Shown in pieces: positions 52,974 to 62,269 of a stretch of 64,000 nt of DNA (position 1 is its first letter; each line of letters begins with the position of its first letter). The DNA lies in IMG/VR virus record IMGVR_UViG_3300037067_016734. The stretch is one strand, 5' to 3'. The notes below the pieces were generated by a model that was not told the DNA's origin, searched no databases, and saw nothing but the letters and a program-made list of their open reading frames with translations. The stretch comes from an uncultured virus (IMG/VR IMGVR_UViG_3300037067_016734). Lineage: Duplodnaviria; Heunggongvirae; Uroviricota; Caudoviricetes. The translations under genes were made by a program, and so were the position numbers.

Positions 52974-53870
52974 ATGGAGCTTTATCCAGCCATAATTGGA
53001 CAAGCCAAGGCGAAAGCGTTGTTGTCTGAGAGCATTGCGTTCGTCAAGAAGCGTAACGCTAGATTTCCGCATACCATTTTCGAGAGTGCTACCGGTGGTA
53101 CCGGTAAGACCTCAATGGTGCGCTTGACGGCTCAATATCTTGATGCAGACGTTGTAACGATTAATGCGATAGACGCCAAACCTCTTGATATAGCTAAGGC
53201 TATTGCGAAACACAATCCTTTTCGTAAGCTGGTTGTGTTTATTGAAGAATGGAATAGTCCAAATAAAGCATTGGATTATTTTTTGAGACCTCTCATTGAA
53301 GAAGATAGAGTGTTGGTAGAGGGAGAGGAGTATGAGTGCGATTATTTAAATCAAGTTTCTATTATCATTAGCTCCAACGACAAGACCGCTCTCCCGCAAC
53401 CACTTCTTTCTCGTCTTGAGAGAGTCAAGATGGTTGATTATTCTCAGGAGGAACTGTATAAGATAGCTTGTCTATATCGTGACTCTCAGCCTGACTTAAA
53501 GATTAGCGATGATGCTTTGCATGAGATTGCTAGTCGTAGTAGGGGGGTTCCTAGAACCATAGTTAAGATTATTGGAGCGTGTTATAGGCACTTTGTAGTC
53601 ACCGAAAAAGCTCTATCTAAATTAGATGTCATAGATGTCATGGTTAACTTCGATATTTATAAACATGGATTAAATGCGATAGATCTTAAGATTCTAAAAA
53701 TGTTAAACGACCAGGATAGTCTCAGCTTAACCGCATTGTGCGGTATGACTAATGAAACACCTGAATCAATTCGTTATCAGGAAGCTTTATTAATGCAGCT
53801 TGGTTTGATGGAGATCACCAATAAGAGAAGAATTACTATGAAAGGTAGATCTTTTCTGAGGGACTTATAA
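52974..53870 (+). CDS. ruvB: RuvB-like Holliday junction branch migration ATPase
   Basis: IIGQ, GGTGKTS, PLLSR, IASRSRGVPR, GLNAID, E..L..GLM..R.IT.KG. Confidence 0.88.
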   Translation: MELYPAIIGQAKAKALLSESIAFVKKRNARFPHTIFESATGGTGKTSMVRLTAQYLDADVVTINAIDAKPLDIAKAIAKHNPFRKLVVFIEEWNSPNKALDYFLRPLIEEDRVLVEGEEYECDYLNQVSIIISSNDKTALPQPLLSRLERVKMVDYSQEELYKIACLYRDSQPDLKISDDALHEIASRSRGVPRTIVKIIGACYRHFVVTEKALSKLDVIDVMVNFDIYKHGLNAIDLKILKMLNDQDSLSLTALCGMTNETPESIRYQEALLMQLGLMEITNKRRITMKGRSFLRDL

Positions 53871-54088
53871 TGATATTAACAGATTTGAATATTCTGAATT
53901 TATTTGAAAGTTTAGGAGTAGAAGATATCCATATTGTACGGAGTGCTACAGATGATGTTTATGTTCAGTCTAAAAGAATTCTTCGTCCACTTGATCCTCA
54001 TGATCACTTATACATAAATAGGTCGTGGGGAACATATCAAAGTTTTGCACGTGCAATGATGGCGTACATAAAAGATGACACACTGTAA
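53870..54088 (+). CDS. MTxLNxxNL-family small protein
   Basis: MILTDLNILNLFESLG. Confidence 0.7.
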   Translation: MILTDLNILNLFESLGVEDIHIVRSATDDVYVQSKRILRPLDPHDHLYINRSWGTYQSFARAMMAYIKDDTL

Positions 54089-54353
54089 ATATTGTAAGAC
54101 ACAACTAGGATCAAGAGAGAAAAAGATTTGTTTTTCCTGTTCTAATAAATACGGTAAAATGAAGATGAAATTATTTAAGGAAGCGAAGGCAATATTTGGT
54201 GTTCTTGATACACCGCAGAAACTAAAACAATTAAAAGATTATATTGATCATAGAATGGTACAGGCTCAAAAAATTACACATTCAAGAGAAAACAATATCG
54301 TATGGATTGATTTTATTTTATTTGAACCAAAAATATATGATGTGGAATTATGA
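54075..54353 (+). CDS. Zn-finger protein ending in DVEL
   Basis: CKYC..CFSC; KIYDVEL. Confidence 0.6.
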   Translation: MTHCKYCKTQLGSREKKICFSCSNKYGKMKMKLFKEAKAIFGVLDTPQKLKQLKDYIDHRMVQAQKITHSRENNIVWIDFILFEPKIYDVEL

Positions 54354-54550
54354 CTGAATTGAATCTTCTTAATTTGTGTTGGTATTGTGGGCTAGAGGAC
54401 GCTCAAATAATTCATCGGGGCGGTATATGGATCAAGAGTGATATATTTACGAAGGCTAGACACCATATGGTATGTATTGATAAATATCAACAAAGAGATG
54501 TGTATGATAATGTGCAATTTATATATAATTATTTAGAACATTATAGTTAA
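54350..54550 (+). CDS. MTxLNxxNL-family small protein
   Basis: MTELNLLNLCWYCG. Confidence 0.7.
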   Translation: MTELNLLNLCWYCGLEDAQIIHRGGIWIKSDIFTKARHHMVCIDKYQQRDVYDNVQFIYNYLEHYS

Positions 54551-54650
54551 ATATTTCTATGGTTTTTTAATCTTCAAGGATTCTTCAGCTTCCTCTTCGA
54601 TTTCTTTTATCTTCTCTTTGAGTAGATTATCCATATATTCTTGAAGCTTT

Positions 54651-55259
54651 TCAGGGGATGATGATTTGTCTTTGTCCACTTGCCCTCATGCGCTCCATTA
54701 CAAATCTATCTACAAATTGTTTTCCTGTGATATCTAAAATATCACGATTAGATCCTCTTACTGCTAACCAAGGAATATGAATTAGACTTGCAGGATAAGG
54801 TAGACTTAAGAGATCGCGTCTAACTTCTGGAATACAGAAAACGGCAGGGTTCTCTAAAGATCCCAATGAGTGATCTTTCTTTAATAGATTAGCGAAAAAT
54901 CCAAAAATTAACATATTACTACCGGCTCTAAGATCAAATTTTTCGTCTCCTCTATCTCCTAAAGCTCTTTCCATGATTTTTCCATAATCTTCATTAAAAC
55001 TATTACCTTCTGTAGTCATCTTTCTAGCTAATTCATCCATCATTTTTGTAGATAAATCAAGATGCATTCCTTGTAATAGATTCCCTTCAATATAGCTTTT
55101 AGCGATAGTAGGATTACCAACTCGATCTAACATAGCATAACCAAAAGTTAAATCTAGGATTCCCATATCCCAAGCGTCATCATCCAAAATTAAATCAATT
55201 GCACCAACAGCACTGGCACCTTGATATGAACCATCTAATGTACTAACTCTTCCCTTCAT
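54651..55259 (-). CDS. Hypothetical protein
   Basis: 202-aa ORF. Confidence 0.6.
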   Translation of the reverse strand: MKGRVSTLDGSYQGASAVGAIDLILDDDAWDMGILDLTFGYAMLDRVGNPTIAKSYIEGNLLQGMHLDLSTKMMDELARKMTTEGNSFNEDYGKIMERALGDRGDEKFDLRAGSNMLIFGFFANLLKKDHSLGSLENPAVFCIPEVRRDLLSLPYPASLIHIPWLAVRGSNRDILDITGKQFVDRFVMERMRASGQRQIIIP

Positions 55260-55554
55260 CAGCTTCTATCTCCTTGACGATTTCATCTAGAGGAGCAAAA
55301 CCTTGGAATTGTTTCTTAAGGAAACTAATCCAATTCTTATTGCTATAAGAAAAGCCTTGTCCAAACCCTATAAAATGTCCTGCATCATAAGCTATATAAA
55401 AACTAATATAAAAAATTGATGCTACTATCATACCACCTATAATTGCAAGGGGTGTTTTAGTAACAAAAGTTAATCCATACCACGTTAATATAGCAATGAT
55501 AAGAGGAAAAAGGATAATATAGATTTCTCTAGCTTTTTGTTGGTAGAATCTCAT
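55243..55554 (-). CDS. Two-TM membrane protein whose start (MRFY) comes from the TnpB element
   Basis: First 4 codons lie inside the element right end; original N-terminus MKQKIVTHFN at 56709-56680. Confidence 0.7.
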   Translation of the reverse strand: MRFYQQKAREIYIILFPLIIAILTWYGLTFVTKTPLAIIGGMIVASIFYISFYIAYDAGHFIGFGQGFSYSNKNWISFLKKQFQGFAPLDEIVKEIEADEGKS

Positions 55555-55626
55555 TTTGAGTTTTCTCCTATATGTTTTTTAGGAGCGGCATCTACCATTG
55601 CGATTGAAAATCGCGCTGCTGCCGCT
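55523..55626 (-). ncRNA. Predicted omegaRNA 3' scaffold plus guide, copy 2
   Basis: Covarying stems against copy 1; guide CAACAAAAAGCTAGAGAAAT from 55542. Confidence 0.7.
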
Positions 55627-56679
55627 TCCCCGCGCTGAAGGATGTTCTTTGCCGCATTGATATCGGCGTGTTCTCTGTGGCTACACGAACATCGAAAAAC
55701 ATCTCCGACACGGTTCTTTTTGTCGGCTTTTCCACACGCGGAACAGGTGATGCTTGTTTGATAAGGACTAACGCTTCTAAAAGCAACACGGTTGTCTTCA
55801 CAGAAGCGTTGAATCCTCGACAAAGCATAGCCTTGATTCCAACTGCCGATCAAACAACGAGTCCGTTTTTGAACTCGTCTCTGTTTTGTGCCTGAAGAGA
55901 TTCCCTTCAGACGTTCAACATACAAAGTTTTGGCTTCACTCGGAAGCGATTTGATTGTCCGGTTCATTTCATTGCGGAGATGGATTGCTTGTCCTCTACG
56001 TCCCTTTGAACCCGGTCTTTTGCGAAGCATTTTTTCAATGATTGGTTTGATGTCTCCTAACAATTCTCCTTCCGAAGTTGCAAGGAAATGATTGATTCCA
56101 AGATCAATCCCGATTGCTCTTCCCTCTTCTCTTTTTGTTCCCGTTTCAATCTCGAAAGAGAATTGAACTTTGTCGGGAGAAAGAAGGCAGGCTTGATTCA
56201 TGCGTCCGCGTTTTTGTAGGTTCTTGAAATGTTTATGAGATTTGATGGGGAGATCAAAGATTAAACCATCACCGATGCTTTTAAGATGCAACCAATAATC
56301 AAAATAAGTCGTTTCTTCTGGAAATTGCAATTCCGCGAATTGATTCATATCCCTTAAACGAATCGATTTTCCAGAATGTTTTGGTTTGGAATATTCGCAT
56401 TTTAAGCTTTTAGCGGCATTTTTTGTTGCTTTGATCATGTAGATTGCTTCGTTGGCGGCTTCCCGTTTCAGTCCAGCGGACAACCAAGAATCGATTTTAA
56501 TTTTTGTGATTCGTTTTTCAGGAACGTCTTTCCAAAATCGATCTATAAATAAATTCACCAATCGGCTATATTCCGCAATCACAATTCGCACCAAATCCCG
56601 CTTTTCCTGAGAAGCAAATTTTAGAGAACAAGTTGTGGAACGAATTGTTTTCACAAAAACATTGTACCCGTTTTAGAAA
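55543..56679 (-). mobile_element. Non-autonomous IS200/IS605-family (TnpB-only) element, copy 2
   Basis: Follows TTAAT (56684-56680), ends TCTAC; removal restores an in-frame ORF. Confidence 0.88.
55551..56654 (-). CDS. tnpB: TnpB RNA-guided nuclease
   Basis: Same RuvC and Zn-finger motifs as 43720; close paralog. Confidence 0.94.
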   Translation of the reverse strand: MKTIRSTTCSLKFASQEKRDLVRIVIAEYSRLVNLFIDRFWKDVPEKRITKIKIDSWLSAGLKREAANEAIYMIKATKNAAKSLKCEYSKPKHSGKSIRLRDMNQFAELQFPEETTYFDYWLHLKSIGDGLIFDLPIKSHKHFKNLQKRGRMNQACLLSPDKVQFSFEIETGTKREEGRAIGIDLGINHFLATSEGELLGDIKPIIEKMLRKRPGSKGRRGQAIHLRNEMNRTIKSLPSEAKTLYVERLKGISSGTKQRRVQKRTRCLIGSWNQGYALSRIQRFCEDNRVAFRSVSPYQTSITCSACGKADKKNRVGDVFRCSCSHREHADINAAKNILQRGEAAAARFSIAMVDAAPKKHIGENSK

Positions 56680-57327
56680 ATTAAAATGAGTTACTATTTT
56701 TTGTTTCATTGGCTTGTATAATCCCTGTTTCAAGATAAAACTTAACAATATCTTCTTCTGAAATCTTAAAAATGATATTCAAGATAGAGGTTGCGGTTCC
56801 GAGGAGATATTTTAGATCATCTGTGAGTGGTGTTAAAAACACTTGTTCGTCATCCTTGACGGAAAGAATGGCTTCTTTATAGCCGTACTCATTTATCAAG
56901 GTTTGGATTTTTTCAATGAATTCGTTGAGTTTGTTTGTGTTCTCGATATTTGCTTCGTTTTCTGCCATAATATACTCCAAAATTTGATTAAGAGAGACGA
57001 TCCTCTCTACAATGTTTTACCCATTCGATAAAATTTTTGTAAAGCGAAACCAATATACCGGATAATGTGGTATAGTAAATTGTCGTAAATTTAGCTTAAA
57101 AGGTGCTTATATGGACGAAAAAAAGCCTACCATCAATCAACTTATTTATACCGGACGTATTAACGAAGAAGTTCGGTATATGACTTATTATCCTTGTTAT
57201 GTTCGAGATATTTCTTCAGACAAAACAAGATTAATCATAGAATTTCATTCGTATAATCATACATATTCTTGGGAAGTCCCTGCCAGTTCCGTTCTACGTA
57301 CTATAAACTAATTCGGGAGAATATGAA

Positions 57328-57942
57328 TTGAAGCTTGTAAGAAATAATAACAGCGAAGACCAAACCACGTTTAATTCATATGATTATGAACACGGCATTA
57401 TACGCCTTTATGATGAGATTAATTTTAAAACTGTAAAAGAAATAAGTGAATTTCTTTGGAGTTATTTAGATATTCCGCCAATCGCAATCACTTCCAATGG
57501 TACCTGTATCACAAAGCCTCTAACAGTTGAGATTATGTCTCATGGTGGTTGTTTAAAGAGTGGGATGGCTGTTTACGACATGTTTCAAAAATTAAAGGTA
57601 GCCTATGCCCAATTACCTAGTCGTCTTCAGTTAACTACGGTTGGGATTGGGTATGTAGCTTCTAGTGCTACTATTATATATGCAGCGGGAGATAGAAGGT
57701 TGGCTTATCCTCATACAGAATTCCTTCTTCATCAACCCGCTCTAACCGGTGTTGGTGGAACAAGTGATGTTATTCTACAAGAAGGAAAATATTTAAAACT
57801 TGTAGAAGACGAAATGGTAGCCGTATACAGTAAAGTATGTAAAAAGAAAGTTGAACGTGTTCGTCTTGATATTGCAAACAAAGAACTAGTTTTGACAGCC
57901 GAAGAAGCTATTAAATACGGACTGGTACACGAAATAATTTAA
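57328..57942 (+). CDS. clpP: ClpP-like protease
   Basis: SHGG, VASSA (Ser), LLHQP (His), LTAEEAIKYGLV. Confidence 0.9.
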   Translation: MKLVRNNNSEDQTTFNSYDYEHGIIRLYDEINFKTVKEISEFLWSYLDIPPIAITSNGTCITKPLTVEIMSHGGCLKSGMAVYDMFQKLKVAYAQLPSRLQLTTVGIGYVASSATIIYAAGDRRLAYPHTEFLLHQPALTGVGGTSDVILQEGKYLKLVEDEMVAVYSKVCKKKVERVRLDIANKELVLTAEEAIKYGLVHEII

Positions 57943-57951
57943 TTTCAGACC

Positions 57952-57980
57952 TTGACTTTCTACAAAGGATGTGGTAGACT
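57952..57980 (+). promoter_or_regulatory. Sigma70-type promoter; predicted leaderless mRNA
   Basis: TTGACT-N17-TAGACT; ATG 7 nt downstream. Confidence 0.7.
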
Positions 57981-57986
57981 GTATAT

Positions 57987-58619
57987 ATGAAAAGATCCTT
58001 TTTTACCATCACGCACGGTGGAACAATTGTAACGGAAAATTTCGGAATCCCCTCGATTGCTGATATTGCATTTTGTTTGAACAAAATTAATAGATATAAC
58101 GGTTCGAGTGATCAGGCGATTAGTGTTGCATCTCATTCTTTATTAGTATGGGCTTTTGCGAAAGATAGAGGGTGGGACTGCAAGCTTCAAATTGGCTCTC
58201 TTTTTCATGATGCAGCCGAAGCCGTAATTGGAGATATTCCGTCACCCCTAAAAACTGAATACTTTGATAAATTTGAAAAGAAGATTATCAATAGAATTAT
58301 GTATAGTATTGGGGTACCAGAATTAACAGAAGAAGAAGATAAGGCTGTCAATGTAATCGATAAAGAAGTTTTATCCCTTGAGGTTCATAGTGGTTTTGGA
58401 CCAAATGAATTGAAATTGTTTGTCCCGCGTTTTAATTATGAATCTGAATTTGGACATATTTATGATGAAGATTATATGAGTAAATATCCCAACGTTTTAG
58501 AAATTTTAGAAGAAGTATATCATTATAACAAAGGTCTCTCATGTGAAAATAGATCACATGAAATTGTCTTCAAAAACACCGCTCTATCTTTAATAGCACA
58601 ATATCATAATTTGGAGTAA
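57987..58619 (+). CDS. HD-domain nucleotide phosphohydrolase (YfdR/YfbR-like)
   Basis: RYNG, SVASHS, HDAAEA..GDIPSPLK. Confidence 0.88.
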   Translation: MKRSFFTITHGGTIVTENFGIPSIADIAFCLNKINRYNGSSDQAISVASHSLLVWAFAKDRGWDCKLQIGSLFHDAAEAVIGDIPSPLKTEYFDKFEKKIINRIMYSIGVPELTEEEDKAVNVIDKEVLSLEVHSGFGPNELKLFVPRFNYESEFGHIYDEDYMSKYPNVLEILEEVYHYNKGLSCENRSHEIVFKNTALSLIAQYHNLE

Positions 58620-58884
58620 TAATGGAAGTATATAGATATAGAATTCATAAAATGTCGTTCAAGTTTGGCGGTCCTACGTGGTACATTAGTAGGGTAGAAA
58701 TACACGGTACAGTAGAATGGTATGCTACTTTAAACCATGAGGTAATTTGGGTTGAATCACATGTTGATGCGGACACATTTGCAAACTTCGAATTAGCGGA
58801 TAGTACATTGCAGTTATATTTTAATGATATTGATGGTCAAACTATTCTTAACGATGAAATTGTAAAGGAGATTGCCAGAGAAGA

Positions 58885-59832
58885 ATGAAGACAGAAGAGG
58901 ATTTAATTACAGAAATAAATAAAAAATATGGAAAAGGAACCATTAAAAGTCTAGATGATCTAGTAGATGCAGAAAGAATATCTACTGGTTCTTTGAAGAT
59001 AGATAATCTTATTGGAGGCGGAATCCCAAGAGGACATATGACTGAGATTTATGGTACAGAATACTCAGGCAAAACTACTCTAAGTCTTCAGACTATAGCC
59101 AATGCTCAGAGACAAGGTATAAGGTGTCTTTATATATTAGTAGAACAAGTCCTAGACAAAAACTATGCTCTATCTTTAGGTGTAAATCAAAATCCTGATA
59201 ATCAATTAATAATAACTCAACCTAATTGCGGAGAAGACGTTATCGGGATAGCAAAGTCGTTTTGTGAAAGTGGAACAATTGGAGTTATTGTCTTGGATTC
59301 CGTAGCTGCCATGACATCTCATCAAGAGTTAGAAGGAAACATTGGGGATGCTAATATGGGAGTAAGGGCCAGAATCATGAATCAGGCTGTTAGAGTATTA
59401 ATGAAGCCCGTAGTCGATAATAATGTTGCAATGATCTTTGTTAATCAAATCCGTCAAAACCTATCCGGTTACGGAGGTAAGTCTATTCCGGGAGGAAAGG
59501 CGTTGGGTTATGGATGCACTATTATCTTGGATTTAACTAGGGTTAAAAAAGAAGAAGGGATTATTGAGGTAAAGGCGACAGTAGAGAAGAACAAAATCGG
59601 TATAGCCCCCAAAACTACTTTAATTAATGTCTTCTTCAACAAAGGAACCTCTATCTATCGTGAAATGGTAGATGTTGGTTTAGAAAAGAAGCTCTGGATA
59701 CAAGGAGGAGCATGGATTTCTGGAATTTCAGATCAAAAAATACAAGGAGTAGATAAAGCTACTGCATATTTTGAAGAGTTAGAAAAATCAGATAATAAGT
59801 CGTTTCAAGAATATTTGGAGAAGTTAAAGTAG
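58885..59832 (+). CDS. recA: RecA recombinase
   Basis: STGS, GGIPRG, GTEYSGKTT, DSVAA, NQIR, GGKAL, KNK..P. Confidence 0.95.
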   Translation: MKTEEDLITEINKKYGKGTIKSLDDLVDAERISTGSLKIDNLIGGGIPRGHMTEIYGTEYSGKTTLSLQTIANAQRQGIRCLYILVEQVLDKNYALSLGVNQNPDNQLIITQPNCGEDVIGIAKSFCESGTIGVIVLDSVAAMTSHQELEGNIGDANMGVRARIMNQAVRVLMKPVVDNNVAMIFVNQIRQNLSGYGGKSIPGGKALGYGCTIILDLTRVKKEEGIIEVKATVEKNKIGIAPKTTLINVFFNKGTSIYREMVDVGLEKKLWIQGGAWISGISDQKIQGVDKATAYFEELEKSDNKSFQEYLEKLK

Positions 59833-59965
59833 ACGTTAAAATGAGTGGACCATTAAACCCTCTACAACTTAAAAATTTTAAGTATAATGAATTTTTAGAC
59901 TTAATGTTGTATTCTATAGACGCAAGTGCAGTATTATACGGACTAAAATAATAAAGGTTTAAAGA

Positions 59966-61054
59966 ATGAAAAAAGGTTTAAATTTTGATGATGTCTTGCT
60001 TTTCCCTCGTTTTTCCGATATTAGTTCTAGAACCGAACCGATTGTGAAAAGTAAAATCGTTGAAGGAATAGAGATAGAGTGTCCAATAATTCCCGCCAAT
60101 ATGGATTGCATCGCTTCTCCTGCGATGCATGACCTTATGTTTAAAATAAATAATAATAAAACGGGAAACTTTATTTATCATAGATTTATAGAGATGAAAG
60201 CCTTAAAACCGGGAGATTTTGTTACTATTGGTTTGAGAGGTTTTCCTTCTGACGAATGGAACGTTAGAACATTGGCGATAAACAATCATGATTGTCATTT
60301 TGTGATTGATATCGCTCACGCTCACTCTAAACAGGTTTTTGATGCTTTAGCCTTTTTAAAGAAAAAATATACTAAAAAAATTATTGTTGGAAACGTAGGT
60401 ACAAAAGAAGCAGCGCGTGATTTCTGTATGGCGGGAGTAGACGGATTAAAGATAGGTATAGGCTCAGGACATCCCTGTTTAACCAGAAACGTAACGGGTT
60501 GTGGAGTACCACAAATTACGGCTATCAAATGGGTATCCAAGATAGCGCATCAATTTGGAGTAACCACTATTGCAGATGGAGGGATCGGATCTTCTGATGA
60601 TGCAGCGAAAGCATTGGCGGCAGGAGCCGATTCGATAATGATAGGATCAATGCTTGCAGGTACCGATGAAGCCGCAGGAAGATGGGTTAATAAATACGGG
60701 AATCCGTTAGTATATTACAAACATATTTCTCCTTCTCAACCAGATGAGCATATAGAAATCAATGATCATCCAGAATATTTAGAAGAATATATAAAACAAT
60801 ATGGAACAAAGGGTGTCTATAGAGAATATTGGGGTCAGAGTAGTGCCGACTATCAAAAAGTTTGGTTCGGGGGAATCAAACCGGGAATAGTCCCAGAAGG
60901 CGAGACTCTATCTATTCCTTATAGTGGACCAGCAGAAGATACTATATATAAATTAGCTGCCGGATTAAAGTCCTCTATGTCTTATGTAGGAGCAAGAGAT
61001 CTTGATGAATTTCGTAGAAAAGCTGAGTTTATTAAAGTTAACAAAATAAAATAG
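59966..61054 (+). CDS. IMP dehydrogenase / GMP reductase family protein (no CBS domains)
   Basis: FDDVLL, ANMD, DIAHAH, GIGSGHPCLTR, ADGG, PEG. Confidence 0.9.
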   Translation: MKKGLNFDDVLLFPRFSDISSRTEPIVKSKIVEGIEIECPIIPANMDCIASPAMHDLMFKINNNKTGNFIYHRFIEMKALKPGDFVTIGLRGFPSDEWNVRTLAINNHDCHFVIDIAHAHSKQVFDALAFLKKKYTKKIIVGNVGTKEAARDFCMAGVDGLKIGIGSGHPCLTRNVTGCGVPQITAIKWVSKIAHQFGVTTIADGGIGSSDDAAKALAAGADSIMIGSMLAGTDEAAGRWVNKYGNPLVYYKHISPSQPDEHIEINDHPEYLEEYIKQYGTKGVYREYWGQSSADYQKVWFGGIKPGIVPEGETLSIPYSGPAEDTIYKLAAGLKSSMSYVGARDLDEFRRKAEFIKVNKIK

Positions 61055-61066
61055 TAAGGATTATAG

Positions 61067-61735
61067 ATGCAAAAAACAGTTGTAGAAAGAGAAAATGATC
61101 ATAAGTTTGGAAATGTGGTAGTTGTTGAAATAAAAACAATTACAACGATAGAAAAAAGTGGTGAAATTACAGAAACGTCAGATTCTAGATATTTCATTGT
61201 AGATGGTAGGGAACTTGAAAATAAGACTTATAATGAATGCCGTCACTATCGTTATTTTAAAGATGACGTAGACATACATTCGTTTGAACCTTGGTTTATG
61301 ACATTTTGGGAGGCCATAGATAAAATTACAATCTCTCCCGAAGATATTATTAGGGATGGAAAGGTTAACGAAGATAGACTTTACGAATGTTCACATAATA
61401 ATCATCTTACTTATAAGTTTGGAGAAAAAGAGCCGATCACTAATTATCTTTATGATTGGATATCTTATAAAGATTACAAAAAAGAAAAATTGTTAGGGCA
61501 ATTTAAACAAGATCCCCGCGTAATAATTTTAGACGAGAATTATTATATTCCGCATAGTGGATATTTTGCAGAGATTAAATATCTTTTGTCTCAGGATGAT
61601 TTTGATGCATTTAGAAAGAAATCATATCATAAATATCCAGATTTTACTTATGATGGTGTCGATAAAGTCCTTTTAATTTGTGAACCAGAATGTGATTTTC
61701 TACACATTCAACAATTCAGGAAAAAGAGGGATTGA
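61067..61735 (+). CDS. Hypothetical protein
   Basis: 222-aa ORF with AAGG RBS. Confidence 0.6.
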   Translation: MQKTVVERENDHKFGNVVVVEIKTITTIEKSGEITETSDSRYFIVDGRELENKTYNECRHYRYFKDDVDIHSFEPWFMTFWEAIDKITISPEDIIRDGKVNEDRLYECSHNNHLTYKFGEKEPITNYLYDWISYKDYKKEKLLGQFKQDPRVIILDENYYIPHSGYFAEIKYLLSQDDFDAFRKKSYHKYPDFTYDGVDKVLLICEPECDFLHIQQFRKKRD

Positions 61736-61785
61736 TTTTTTTAGAGGCATGTGATATGTTGATAGTACTCTTATAGAGTTGGAGT

Positions 61786-62067
61786 TTGTTTGTGCCCGAA
61801 TTAACAGAATTAAATTTTTTCAATTTATGTCAAGTTGTTTTAAATAGTACTATTTTAGAAAAACTAATAGTTGATAATAGAACTCTTTATTATGCTAATA
61901 AATTCTTTGTAGGAGATACAGATACTATTTCTCAACTATCTGATACTAAAGAATTAGTATATTATATGGCACTTCCTTATAATAAATATGAGGATGATCT
62001 TTATAGGCACCATAAAGCCAAAATTGAAGTAGTTTTTGATATCAGAAAAAAAAGAAAGTGGATTTAA
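61786..62067 (+). CDS. MTxLNxxNL-family small protein
   Basis: ELTELNFFNLCQVVL. Confidence 0.65.
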   Translation: MFVPELTELNFFNLCQVVLNSTILEKLIVDNRTLYYANKFFVGDTDTISQLSDTKELVYYMALPYNKYEDDLYRHHKAKIEVVFDIRKKRKWI

Positions 62068-62088
62068 CCAGAATTTAACCTATTTCCC

Positions 62089-62117
62089 TTGACACCATCA
62101 AAATAATCTGCTATACT
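62089..62117 (+). promoter_or_regulatory. Sigma70-type promoter
   Basis: TTGACA-N17-TATACT with TG extension. Confidence 0.8.
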
Positions 62118-62269
62118 CATGGCATCATGAGGGCCGACGAATACGACATTTTGTTTGAAGAGAAACTTTCCTATTACGTAAGTTTAGGATACTCTTACGC
62201 ACAAGCTTTAGTGTGGGTTTACAATGATATCGGTAAGAGACAGGATGTGATAAAAGATGAGGATATCAA

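Noticed and set aside
57987..58619. DatZ and 2-aminoadenine (Z) genome pathway
   Set aside because: No PurZ is visible in the window; an HD hydrolase alone is not diagnostic.
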